DNA of 32,000 nucleotides from Promethearchaeum syntrophicum (GCF_008000775.2 NZ_CP042905.2:3510001-3542000); one strand, 5' to 3'; positions 16,508-25,785 are shown, counted from the stretch's first letter. Notes: generated from the sequence alone by a model not told the origin. A program made the numbers and translations.

Positions 16508-17218
16508 TCAAAGAAGAGATTTCGGATCAGGCAAATCTTCTTGAGCTTTAGCATCGAACATTGATCCCATACCCTGTCCGTTCGAAGAACGGGTAACTTT
16601 AAAAATTTTGTTTATTATTGTTGAAACAGTGAAACTACATAGCATATACCAACCGGTAAAACCGATAAAACCATGATCTATAACAATATTCCCTAAAACT
16701 GAATACATCTCTGATTGTAACATACTTGTAATAAAAACCGGAAATTCTTGCATAGGATTCATTGAACCACATGCAACAGGAAATTGCATTGAAGAACCTT
16801 CAAGAGTAAACATAGTCCGAATTATTGCGAAAAATATAAAAATAGGTAAAAGGGTAAAACAACCGGGTTTTATTTTCTGTAAACTCATCCTTTGTTCCAT
16901 TTTTTTAATACTGGGATCTCTTCGTTGCCACTTTGGATATTCATTAGCATATTTTTTTGGATTATCTTCTGATAATTGCAATAATTCTTTTTTTCTTTTC
17001 TTATGATTATTAATAACTTCTTGTAGGCGATTCATCTTATCATGATCAACTAAGACTTTGTTAAGAAAGGTCGAAAACAAGGAAACCAGAATGCTAACAC
17101 CGAATATAAACCATATTGAGACTGGAGGCGTCGTCAACCATAAAATAAAATCTACCCAAGCTAGTATCATACAATAATAATATATTAATGGGGTTAAAAA
17201 AACAATTCTGAAAACCAT
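16508..17218 (-). CDS. DUF106 / EMC3-TMCO1-like protein (archaeal Oxa1/YidC-superfamily insertase candidate)
   Basis: The layout is TM1 (VSILVSLFSTFLNKVLVDHDKMNRLQE), then a basic coiled-coil (NNHKKRKKELLQL...KKMEQRMSLQKIKPG), then TM2 and TM3. The LVD-x-xKM-x-x-LQ signature after TM1 is characteristic of DUF106. Confidence 0.55.
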   Translation of the reverse strand: MVFRIVFLTPLIYYYCMILAWVDFILWLTTPPVSIWFIFGVSILVSLFSTFLNKVLVDHDKMNRLQEVINNHKKRKKELLQLSEDNPKKYANEYPKWQRRDPSIKKMEQRMSLQKIKPGCFTLLPIFIFFAIIRTMFTLEGSSMQFPVACGSMNPMQEFPVFITSMLQSEMYSVLGNIVIDHGFIGFTGWYMLCSFTVSTIINKIFKVTRSSNGQGMGSMFDAKAQEDLPDPKSLL

Positions 17219-17273
17219 TAGTTATCATTTATCTACTTATGAGAATAAAGAGAAAAAAGACAGAGTATTTCAG

Positions 17274-19142
17274 TCAGTGATCATCTACTTCAGGGGAGCG
17301 AATTCGAGTTATTTTTTTTTTCAGAATTTCTCGCAGTAAATATGCAATAATGATAAGAACAATAACTATTAGAACGGAAAGCCAGATTCCTAATACTTGG
17401 GTTTTTCTACCCATTATAAATATCCCTAATAGAAATGCAATGAAAACACCCATTTTTCTTTTCCAAAAACCATCGCCTTGATTAGACATGACATATTTCA
17501 ACTTAAAAACAAATCGACTAACAAAATTCTTCTCTTTAAGCAACTCATTTTGTTCACTGGAGAGAATTCCAGGTATGTTATATTCATAATTGAAAAATTG
17601 ATTCTTGAGAAATAGAACATTCACAGGCCTAATAATTACATTGAGAGTGAAAATAAGTAAAAGTGAATCACCAAAAATATGCATTATATTCATCCAAATC
17701 ATATTTGGTGAAGTCCAGGGATTAAAATACAATACTCCACTTATATCCAAACCTACCACAAATGGTACAAAAATCATTAGTAAAATGTCGAAGAAATTAA
17801 GTTTACTTAAGCGAAATTCAAATTTATGATCGATTTTATTAAACTTATATATAGATTTAAACCACAACCAGTTTTTCTTAACAATCAATTCTTGATTTTC
17901 ATTTGACTTTAAGATTTTAAAACCATTTTTTGAAGTAGAAAAGTCCTCTTTAATGCCTTTCACAACGAGGATGAATCCAAATATATATAAAACAATTCTT
18001 AATGGATCTCCAGCAAATCTAAATGTAACCACACTAATAATAGCCGTTATGAGAAATATCAATCCGATGATTAAATTCCTCCAATCTTTTATTTGAGTTT
18101 GCTTTAAAATCGACTCATTCTCTCCTGTAACATTCAAATCAAAACAATTGGAAATTGCTTCAACAAGATCTGGATTTTTAACTGCAGGAAGATTGAAATT
18201 AATCTCATATATTTTCTCTTTTGTAACAATCTCTAACAGAGTTTGATGCTTCAATAATAAAATACATAAAGCTAACAGATGAACAAACCCTGTTAAAATA
18301 TAAAATTTACCAACTAATAAACCAGCACCGAACGCGTACGGGTTCAATAGGAAATGAAAGCCATCTGTAAAACATAAAATTAAGTTTAAGGACATCAAAA
18401 TTATCCAGAAATATTTGGGTCCTGTTTTTGCATTAGTCAATCTTGCACTTATTACTTCATCTCTTGGGATTTCTGTCATCCATGGCATTGGAAATCTAAA
18501 TTCTTCTATAAAGTAGAAATTTTTACTCTTTGAAAATATTATATTAACTGATGAAAATATCGAGTAAATTAGAAGCCCTATTCCCACCAATAACATGAAA
18601 GCACTCATGGGAAAGAACATAGAAGGTCCACCTAAGAAAAACCAACTCCCTATATGATTTTCTGTATCAATATCAGTGCCAAATACAGAAATATTAATCG
18701 TTGCCATCCCTATCATTAAAATTGCAGCAATAAATCGACTTTTAGCAAAACTACGAAATTTAACCATATCAATTTCTTTTAGCAATTTCTTTTCCTTGGA
18801 TTTAAATAACAATGATTCACGTTTAGAGCCCCATTTAGGTAAATGGAATGAATTTTCATTATAGTTATTTGTATTCATTAATATCTGAGAAATTAAGATC
18901 ATACTGAAAGTTAACAAAAGCGCGCCGAAAAATACTGAAAGATTGAGGGGCCTAACCTCATTATCATAGGTCATTTCTATCACAAAGGAATCAATAGTCA
19001 ATTCAAAAATAAAGAATAGGATCGAGATCACGAAAATTATTATTCCTAACCAAAAGAAGACCCATTTTAAAATCTTCTTTTTTTGGGATTGTTGTTTTAA
19101 CAAATCCAATTCTTCTTTAGACAAAATTTTTGTACGCTCCAT
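17274..19142 (-). CDS. Large polytopic membrane protein built from repeated TM-hairpin plus about 50-aa soluble modules; unknown function
   Basis: 622 aa. About 12 hydrophobic helices are arranged as six pairs. Five pairs are each followed by a 45-60-aa polar, beta-strand-like insert, and the last by a basic tail. Confidence 0.6.
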   Translation of the reverse strand: MERTKILSKEELDLLKQQSQKKKILKWVFFWLGIIIFVISILFFIFELTIDSFVIEMTYDNEVRPLNLSVFFGALLLTFSMILISQILMNTNNYNENSFHLPKWGSKRESLLFKSKEKKLLKEIDMVKFRSFAKSRFIAAILMIGMATINISVFGTDIDTENHIGSWFFLGGPSMFFPMSAFMLLVGIGLLIYSIFSSVNIIFSKSKNFYFIEEFRFPMPWMTEIPRDEVISARLTNAKTGPKYFWIILMSLNLILCFTDGFHFLLNPYAFGAGLLVGKFYILTGFVHLLALCILLLKHQTLLEIVTKEKIYEINFNLPAVKNPDLVEAISNCFDLNVTGENESILKQTQIKDWRNLIIGLIFLITAIISVVTFRFAGDPLRIVLYIFGFILVVKGIKEDFSTSKNGFKILKSNENQELIVKKNWLWFKSIYKFNKIDHKFEFRLSKLNFFDILLMIFVPFVVGLDISGVLYFNPWTSPNMIWMNIMHIFGDSLLLIFTLNVIIRPVNVLFLKNQFFNYEYNIPGILSSEQNELLKEKNFVSRFVFKLKYVMSNQGDGFWKRKMGVFIAFLLGIFIMGRKTQVLGIWLSVLIVIVLIIIAYLLREILKKKITRIRSPEVDDH

Positions 19143-19148
19143 CTTAAA

Positions 19149-20681
19149 TTAGACCTCCCTATATCCAGATGGTAAAATAAAACCAAAAGCTCTTCCAATC
19201 CAATAAGGTGTAGTAAAAGTCATTCCAGGTTCTTCATGAAGTGGTGCATCATGCCAGTAAGTAGTATTCTCCCATGCATTTCTCTCCCACATGTAATGAC
19301 CAGTTCTTCTATATTCAACTGTTAAAGGTTCTGTAAAATACACATCATCCCAATCGGTTTCAATAAACGCTATATGATATAAACTAGCCCAATTATGATT
19401 ATCAATTTCTGCCTTCCACTGCAATATTTTTTCTACTTCCTTATATTCAGATGGAACAGGCAATAATGGATAATGTCTATCCGGGAAATGATTGATCTCT
19501 AATCGATGTAATTGATCCTCAATATCTCGCTCAATATCAATTCGATCTCCTACTTCAGTACTTAAAGCCAGATATACGATATTGAACCACGCATTTCGAT
19601 GAAATTCAGTGTAATAGCGTAATGTATTCAAATATCCTTTATAATAATGAGACCCAATCTCGGATTCAATGCCTTCTAATAATAGAAATGCAAATACAAC
19701 GCAATGCGCGAAATTGAAGGCATAATAATTCGCCATAACTTCATTTTTTGAACTTTCGGTATTCGCCATAAAAGCCATTTCTGCGCTTACAAAGTGGTGA
19801 TAATCCACTAAGTATTCATCAGGATTTACCATCGAGGCCATTTTAAATAAAAGAGAAAGCCAATATGCCCCAGTATAAACTCTAGGTTTTTGATCGACCC
19901 CAGATGGCCCTCCAGGTCCATTAATACCAAGAAAATTAGTCTCCTTCATATAGTTTGCAATCTGTTCAATTATTAATCCTACGGTTGTTTGAACATAAGG
20001 ATCATCAACATATTTTAGACAAAGTGCTAAACCCATATAGTAACCTCCATATTCATCATTTGAAGTATGACCTCGCCAGCGATATTGAGAGTACTCTCCA
20101 GTGCCATTATAGTGCCGAATGTGCTCATTAAATAGACTTGGGTGAATTTCTTTATGTTCTGGTCCCGCCCATCCTCGACCTAAAATTCCTGGAAATTCAG
20201 GACCTAGCCCCCCATTCGGAACAATCATTAACATAGACATACCGTTAACCATGCGTTTAATAACATCAAGCGAGTATTCTTGATCGGTTGTGTTTCCTTC
20301 GTTTATTGCTGCAACGTAATGAAAAACCCATCCTGCCATAGCAACACCAGTCCATAAAGCTCCATTATCAGAAAAACCATAATTTGCAATATCAGTATAA
20401 TTACCATCCACATAATCGCACGTTGCAGTATAATTTAATGGTAAGTGGTTTTTTTGAAATAAATCATCATATACTCTTGCCATTTCATCTAATCGTGTAT
20501 AATTTGCAGTAATAAACTGATCGATGTCAGGAGGGGGAGCTTCAAATTGAAATGAAAGTATTTCATCATAGATATTGCCAACTCGAATTCCAAAATAAAT
20601 AAAATAACTGAAAGGTGAAACAATGATCAAAATTGTAGATATTAATTTCCAATAAGTTTGGTTTCTGGTTCTAATTCTCAT
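19149..20681 (-). CDS. N-terminally membrane-anchored, probably extracytoplasmic helical-repeat protein with several N-x-S/T sequons; unknown function
   Basis: Single N-terminal TM (WKLISTILIIVSPFSYFIYFGI). Sequons NYT, NYT, NTT, NGT, NTT. Gly/aromatic-rich helical repeats (DNGALWTGVAMAGW, SNDEYGGYYMGLALCL, ANYYAFNFAHC). The track start at 20711 is a TTG without a Shine-Dalgarno-like element, so I prefer the ATG at 20679..20681. Confidence 0.55.
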   Translation of the reverse strand: MRIRTRNQTYWKLISTILIIVSPFSYFIYFGIRVGNIYDEILSFQFEAPPPDIDQFITANYTRLDEMARVYDDLFQKNHLPLNYTATCDYVDGNYTDIANYGFSDNGALWTGVAMAGWVFHYVAAINEGNTTDQEYSLDVIKRMVNGMSMLMIVPNGGLGPEFPGILGRGWAGPEHKEIHPSLFNEHIRHYNGTGEYSQYRWRGHTSNDEYGGYYMGLALCLKYVDDPYVQTTVGLIIEQIANYMKETNFLGINGPGGPSGVDQKPRVYTGAYWLSLLFKMASMVNPDEYLVDYHHFVSAEMAFMANTESSKNEVMANYYAFNFAHCVVFAFLLLEGIESEIGSHYYKGYLNTLRYYTEFHRNAWFNIVYLALSTEVGDRIDIERDIEDQLHRLEINHFPDRHYPLLPVPSEYKEVEKILQWKAEIDNHNWASLYHIAFIETDWDDVYFTEPLTVEYRRTGHYMWERNAWENTTYWHDAPLHEEPGMTFTTPYWIGRAFGFILPSGYREV

Positions 20682-20736
20682 ATAATAAATTTCAATCCTT
20701 AGGTTTTTCAAACTTTCGATATATTACTATATAATT

Positions 20737-22158
20737 ATGAGAGCAGCTTTCGGTAAAATAAAACTCACCCCCAAAGATTATATTGGGAGAAATTTAGCAG
20801 GTTATGTTCCCATCGTTAAATGTAATGGTAAATTAGATGATATTTATGCAAGGGGAGTATTAATTGAATCATCCCACCAACCTGATAATCTTCTTATTAT
20901 TTCGTTGGATTTCTTAAAATTTTCCATAAAACTCTCAAATTATATTAAGGACAAGATATATAGTCGGTATAAAATACCACAAGAACAAATATTACTTCAT
21001 GCAATTCACACTCATAAATCATTCGATTTAGGAAACGAATATAGTTTCTCAGGTGGGGGATTAATAATAATAAAAAATTTACTTTTCGGTCAATATTTTA
21101 CAGACGATAAGTATAAAATATGGGTTTCTAATCAAATTGTAAAACTTGTAGGAAATCTCATAAGGAAAGTAAAACAAAGTGATCCTTGTAAAATTTCATG
21201 GAAAAAGGAAACTATCAAAGATAACATAATTATAAATCGACGCCATCCTGAAATTGAATCAAAATCCCAACTTGGAATTATTAGCTTTAGAAATCTCTCA
21301 AACGAAAAACTAATAGGGATTATTATTAACTTCGGAACCCATCCAACAACCTTAAATCTGACTGTTCGAAAGCTTTCAGCGGATTATCCGGGAAGAGTTT
21401 GCGCACGTATTGAACAGACAACTAATAATCAAATCTCAGCTGTTTTTTTCACAGGTCCTGCAGGAGATTTAAATCCAATAACAACATGTGGTGATGATTT
21501 TAAAGTTCTTACTGAAGATATGACTCCCATATATGACCAAATGGGAACTTATAAGCATACTAAGAAAATTGGTTATTTTCTAGGTGATGAAGCACTTAAA
21601 ATTGCGCAAAAAATCCCCTCGGACGAATATTTTACGGATTTAGATTTTACTGTATATAATCAGTTTTTCGAGATTCCATTTGAGGATTATAAGAAATTCT
21701 GGACATCTAAATCATTAAAATCGAGATTATTGCATCTAATTAAGAAATGTTTCTTATTTCGATTGCCAATTTTTATGGGAAGTCAAAATCCTCCAAATTT
21801 TTCAACTTTTAATATTCGTTATTCTGGGCATAAAATAGTTTCTCAGACTCAGATTCAATTCATACTTATAAAAGCATTTTCAAAATCAAATGAAAGAAAA
21901 AAATCACTATCAATAACTGCAATCCCTGGTGAACTTTTTGAAGAAATTGGTAAAAAAATTCTAAAAAATAGTCCAACAGGAGCAGAAAACTCATTTATTT
22001 TTCAAAATTCGAATGATTGGGTAGGTTATCTATTTCCTCTAAAAGAATATATACTGGTTGGAGGGTATGAGCCTTCAGTTAGTTTTTCTCCCGTAACGGG
22101 TGCCTATGTGCAAAATAATTTTATTAAATTAGTGCATAAAATTAAATCTTCCAAATAA
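20737..22158 (+). CDS. Neutral/alkaline ceramidase-like amidohydrolase (N-terminal catalytic domain only)
   Basis: N-terminal AAFGKIKLTPKDYIGRNLAGY...DDIYARGVLIE...LLIISLDF...LLHAIHTHKS matches the G-x-a-K-x-d-I-T-P...GY...AR...D...ATHTHS pattern. Later FGTHPTTL...LSADYPG and FTGPAGDLNP also fit. No signal peptide, and too short for the C-terminal ceramidase domain. Confidence 0.55.
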   Translation: MRAAFGKIKLTPKDYIGRNLAGYVPIVKCNGKLDDIYARGVLIESSHQPDNLLIISLDFLKFSIKLSNYIKDKIYSRYKIPQEQILLHAIHTHKSFDLGNEYSFSGGGLIIIKNLLFGQYFTDDKYKIWVSNQIVKLVGNLIRKVKQSDPCKISWKKETIKDNIIINRRHPEIESKSQLGIISFRNLSNEKLIGIIINFGTHPTTLNLTVRKLSADYPGRVCARIEQTTNNQISAVFFTGPAGDLNPITTCGDDFKVLTEDMTPIYDQMGTYKHTKKIGYFLGDEALKIAQKIPSDEYFTDLDFTVYNQFFEIPFEDYKKFWTSKSLKSRLLHLIKKCFLFRLPIFMGSQNPPNFSTFNIRYSGHKIVSQTQIQFILIKAFSKSNERKKSLSITAIPGELFEEIGKKILKNSPTGAENSFIFQNSNDWVGYLFPLKEYILVGGYEPSVSFSPVTGAYVQNNFIKLVHKIKSSK

Positions 22159-22170
22159 TAATTCTTTCTT

Positions 22171-23316
22171 ATGTTAGAAAAAGAACCAAAAACAGCATTC
22201 GTGTTTTCTGGGGGAGCTAGTCTTGGCGCTGTTGAAGTAGGGATGTTAAAAGCCATAGTAGAAGAAGGACATACAGCAGACATGGTTTTTGGAACTTCAG
22301 TAGGAAGTCTAAACGGCGCGTTATACGCATTTGATCCTACCATTGAAGGAGTGAAGAAATTAGAGGAAATATGGCGTAAAATTAAAACATTTGATGTTTT
22401 TTCCCCTTCAGTTATAACCCCGATCAAAAATATTGCTACATTTGGTCAATATTTGATATCTCCAAAGAATATAAAAAAATTAATATTGGAGAACATTAAT
22501 TATTCGAGGATAGAACAAACTAAAATTCCCCTTTTCATAACTGCAACAGATATTAATACCGGAGATGAGATAGTACTGAATAAAGGATTAATATTAGAAG
22601 CACTATTAGCAAGTATAGGGATACCAGGGCTATTTCAACCTCAAAGAATGGGACATCGATTGCTAGTTGACGGGGGTTTAGTAAATAATTCTCCAATCTC
22701 ATCCGCTGTTAAACTTGGAGCAGATAAGGTAGTTGTATTTCCTATAGGATTTCCTTATACACCTAATCAAGAACCTAAAAATTTGACCGAGATATTGATT
22801 CGAACTTTTATTTACCTACTTAATCGCCAATTATCTGCTGATTATCATCTTTATAAAGATAAAGTCCAGTTAATTATTATACCCCCTCCAGAAAATATTG
22901 ATGTTGGTCCTCATGATTTCTCTAAATCAGATATATTGATTGATAGATCATATCAAAATACAAAACAATGGCTTATGAAAGGGGGATATTATGATTTAAC
23001 GAGTGAATATAAACATCCTGGTGATATTCATTCTGACATTTTAAACTTATCAGAGGCTGTAAAAACTGAACCAGGGCGACCTGCAAAGGAACGGGTAAAA
23101 GAAAACGTCACACTAATAGGCGCAGCACTTAAAGAATCAATTGCTAAAGAAAAAGCAGAAAGGAAAGAGAAATATCATGCCTCAAAAGAAAAACTTAAGG
23201 AGAACATCTCTGATACGAAGGATGAAATTGAAAAAGCTTTTTCGAATACAGCAAAAAGAATTAAGAAAAAGTATGATAATATAACCAAAAAGAAAGATAG
23301 AAAGAAATTAGAGTAA
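22171..23316 (+). CDS. Patatin-like phospholipase with Lys/Glu-rich C-terminal tail
   Basis: Oxyanion FVFSGGASLGAVEVG, nucleophile GTSVGSLNG (GxSxG), catalytic Asp LVDGGLVNNSP. The last roughly 90 aa are K/E-rich (KEKAERKEKYHASKEKLKE...). It starts 12 nt after the ceramidase-like stop. Confidence 0.9.
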   Translation: MLEKEPKTAFVFSGGASLGAVEVGMLKAIVEEGHTADMVFGTSVGSLNGALYAFDPTIEGVKKLEEIWRKIKTFDVFSPSVITPIKNIATFGQYLISPKNIKKLILENINYSRIEQTKIPLFITATDINTGDEIVLNKGLILEALLASIGIPGLFQPQRMGHRLLVDGGLVNNSPISSAVKLGADKVVVFPIGFPYTPNQEPKNLTEILIRTFIYLLNRQLSADYHLYKDKVQLIIIPPPENIDVGPHDFSKSDILIDRSYQNTKQWLMKGGYYDLTSEYKHPGDIHSDILNLSEAVKTEPGRPAKERVKENVTLIGAALKESIAKEKAERKEKYHASKEKLKENISDTKDEIEKAFSNTAKRIKKKYDNITKKKDRKKLE

Positions 23317-23408
23317 TTTCTATATATTTCTCACTATTAAAGAAATCTAATAAAATTATACCCGGAAAAAGCAATCAATTTTTTTAATTATAAATGAGGG
23401 AATTTAGA

Positions 23409-23957
23409 TTATTTTTCTAGTTTTGAATTACATCCAATGCAAAATTCACTTTCAATACTATTTGAAGTCCCGCAATAAGAGCAAATCGTTACAGTGTTAG
23501 GTTTTGATCCCGGTTCTTTCCTAGAACCCGATTTATAACCAGAATGTGATGTTTTATAAGCTTGACCATATTTATTAACCGGATTTTGTGCATTATTAAC
23601 CCGATTCTTTTGACTAAAAATCTTATTCGCAAAATTCATATATCGTCCCATTATTCGAGAATTTGGAGCAATACCGGAAGCTATCGAGCGATTTCTAATC
23701 CCAATCATTAGAGTTACCACTCCTATAATAATTATAATAAAACCTCCAAAAAAGAAGGGAAACATTAAGAAAATATTATCAAACATGATAGGAACAAAAA
23801 CAGCACAAAAAAAGGTGATAATACCCAATACCATAATTAATGCACCTCCTATCACCTTAAAATTTGATTTGGAGTGATCAGATTGATTAAGGGGATTGTA
23901 AGCTACCATAGTCCAATAACCTAAAATCAACAAGGTTTTTAAAATTCTTGCCTGCAA
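23409..23957 (-). CDS. Small membrane protein with C-terminal zinc ribbon
   Basis: Two to three TM helices (GGALIMVLGIITFFCAVFVPIMF; FFFGGFIIIIIGVVTLMIGI), a polar linker, then CSYCGTSNSIESEFCIGCNSKL. The track start is TTG; an alternative ATG (Met17) is at 23909. Confidence 0.55.
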   Translation of the reverse strand: MQARILKTLLILGYWTMVAYNPLNQSDHSKSNFKVIGGALIMVLGIITFFCAVFVPIMFDNIFLMFPFFFGGFIIIIIGVVTLMIGIRNRSIASGIAPNSRIMGRYMNFANKIFSQKNRVNNAQNPVNKYGQAYKTSHSGYKSGSRKEPGSKPNTVTICSYCGTSNSIESEFCIGCNSKLEK

Positions 23958-24037
23958 ATTTACTTATAAAAATTTAATAATCTAAATATAGAAATTCAAT
24001 TAAATATTTATTAATTTCAAAAACCGAGGTAATTTTA

Positions 24038-25750
24038 TTGAGAAATGCAGAAATGGATAAAGAATGTATAGAAAGATACGATGAAATGAAAAAAAGTAAG
24101 AATAAAATGTTTGATTGGCTAGATTATTGGGCTAAAAAAAAACCAAATGAAATTGCATTGATAGAATACAATACTGGTGCAGAAATAACTTGGAAAGATT
24201 TTGCAACGAAAAGTAAAGCTTTTGCTGCTAAACTTTTATCAATGGGAATTGGAAAAGGGGATGTTGTTGCTACTACTCTAGTTTTATTAAAAGAACATGT
24301 CTATTTAATGTATGCATGTTATAGAATTGGCGCAATTATTGCCCCACTGGATCCAAGGTTGAAAGTGAGCGAAGTAGATTATTGCTTTTCACAAATGAAA
24401 CCCAAAGCATATTTATTTTTAGGTCCCACACCTAATGCCGATTTTAGTAAAATTGCAGCAGCAATGATGGAAAAATATTCTGAATATTGTAAAATATGGA
24501 TTCAATTTACAGGTGAACAAGCGATCCAGGGAGCACAACTGGTTAAAGATTTTGCAATTGATATAAAGAAGATATACATTATACAGGGATTACTCTTAGG
24601 AAAGGTAAAGAAGGCTCAGAAAAAAGTAAAAAGTAAAGATCCTTGTTTGATCATTTTTACCACAGGTAGTACCGGAAAACCGAAACCAGCATTACTATCC
24701 CATAAAGCAATATTAGTCCAAAATATTAGTCTTATGGTTGGGTTCGGTATGAATGAATCTGATAGAATGATAATAAATCTTCCTCCGAGCCACGTCGGAT
24801 GTACAACTGAACAACTCAGTACCACAATTTATGGAGGAGGCGTTTCAGTTTTACTCCATATATATACTCCAGAAAATTCTCTTGATGCGGTTCAAAAATA
24901 TAAAGCCACTTTAATAGGGCAAATTCCCGCATTATTTGCAATGGAGTGGCGCTTACCTAATTATAATGATTATGATATATCTTCTTTGAGATTCGCATTA
25001 TATGGTGGACAATCAGTTACTCGTAAGTTTTTGGAACAACTGAAAGCCATGGCACCTCTTGCCGGTACTGGATTGGGATTAACAGAAACTGCAGGTTTTG
25101 TGACTTATAGCCCTCTAGATGGTACAGTTGATGATATTTTAGCCAGTGTCGGGTATGATTCACCACTTTATCCTATCTCAATAAGAGAGCCATTGAAACC
25201 CGATGGATATGCAGGTGATGAAAAACCAAAAGGAATTGTTGGTGATGTCTGTTTCAAAGGACCTCAGAATTTTTCAGGGTATCTAAATAATCCCGAACAA
25301 ACTGCACAAACAATATCGAAAGATGGGTATTTATATACTGGAGATCTTGGAACTTATGATGAAAAAGGATTGCATTTTGCAGGGAGGGCTAAATTTGTAA
25401 TTAAACCAAAGGGGTATCAGGTTTATCCACCCGCAGTTGAAGAATTTTTAATGGCAAAGCTTAAAGATAAATTGAGTGCGATTGCAATTGTAGGAGCCCC
25501 TCATGAAGTTTTTTCTGAAGGGATTGTTTGTTATGTTGAACAAAAACCCGGTTCAGTTGTTTCTGATGATGATGTCAATACAGCTGCACAAGAAATGGCA
25601 TCTTATAAAAGACCGAGTCATGTTGTCATTTTAGAGCAAGGTGGGATTCCATTAAATCGAGTGGCAAAAACGGATTATAAAACTCTAAGTGATATGGCAA
25701 AGGACCTAACAGAAAAATTGAGATCCGAAGGGAAATGGGACGCTGAATAG
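24038..25750 (+). CDS. ANL-superfamily acyl-CoA synthetase (AMP-forming, fatty-acid--CoA-ligase-like), paralog 1
   Basis: IIFTTGSTGKPKPALLSH (A3), YGGQSV...GLTETAG, YLYTGDLG (A7), GRAKFVIKPKGYQVYP (A8). TTG at 24038 is preceded by GAGGT 9 nt upstream. An alternative ATG is at 24053. Confidence 0.9.
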   Translation: MRNAEMDKECIERYDEMKKSKNKMFDWLDYWAKKKPNEIALIEYNTGAEITWKDFATKSKAFAAKLLSMGIGKGDVVATTLVLLKEHVYLMYACYRIGAIIAPLDPRLKVSEVDYCFSQMKPKAYLFLGPTPNADFSKIAAAMMEKYSEYCKIWIQFTGEQAIQGAQLVKDFAIDIKKIYIIQGLLLGKVKKAQKKVKSKDPCLIIFTTGSTGKPKPALLSHKAILVQNISLMVGFGMNESDRMIINLPPSHVGCTTEQLSTTIYGGGVSVLLHIYTPENSLDAVQKYKATLIGQIPALFAMEWRLPNYNDYDISSLRFALYGGQSVTRKFLEQLKAMAPLAGTGLGLTETAGFVTYSPLDGTVDDILASVGYDSPLYPISIREPLKPDGYAGDEKPKGIVGDVCFKGPQNFSGYLNNPEQTAQTISKDGYLYTGDLGTYDEKGLHFAGRAKFVIKPKGYQVYPPAVEEFLMAKLKDKLSAIAIVGAPHEVFSEGIVCYVEQKPGSVVSDDDVNTAAQEMASYKRPSHVVILEQGGIPLNRVAKTDYKTLSDMAKDLTEKLRSEGKWDAE

Positions 25751-25769
25751 TTATCAATCCAAGTACACA

Positions 25770-25781
25770 TTTTTTTCTTTT
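25770..25781 (+). terminator. T-rich tract (T7cT4) in the 35-nt convergent gap after ANL ligase 1
   Basis: tttttttctttt begins 20 nt after the TAG at 25748..25750. Confidence 0.3.
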
Positions 25782-25785
25782 AATT

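Noticed and set aside
20712-20736. A 25-nt divergent intergenic region implied by the track coordinates (20711 TTG start vs 20737 ATG)
   Set aside because: It is too short for two archaeal promoters, and the TTG lacks a GGAG element. Moving the minus-strand start to the ATG at 20681 gives a 55-nt spacer, so the apparent oddity is probably a start-call artefact.
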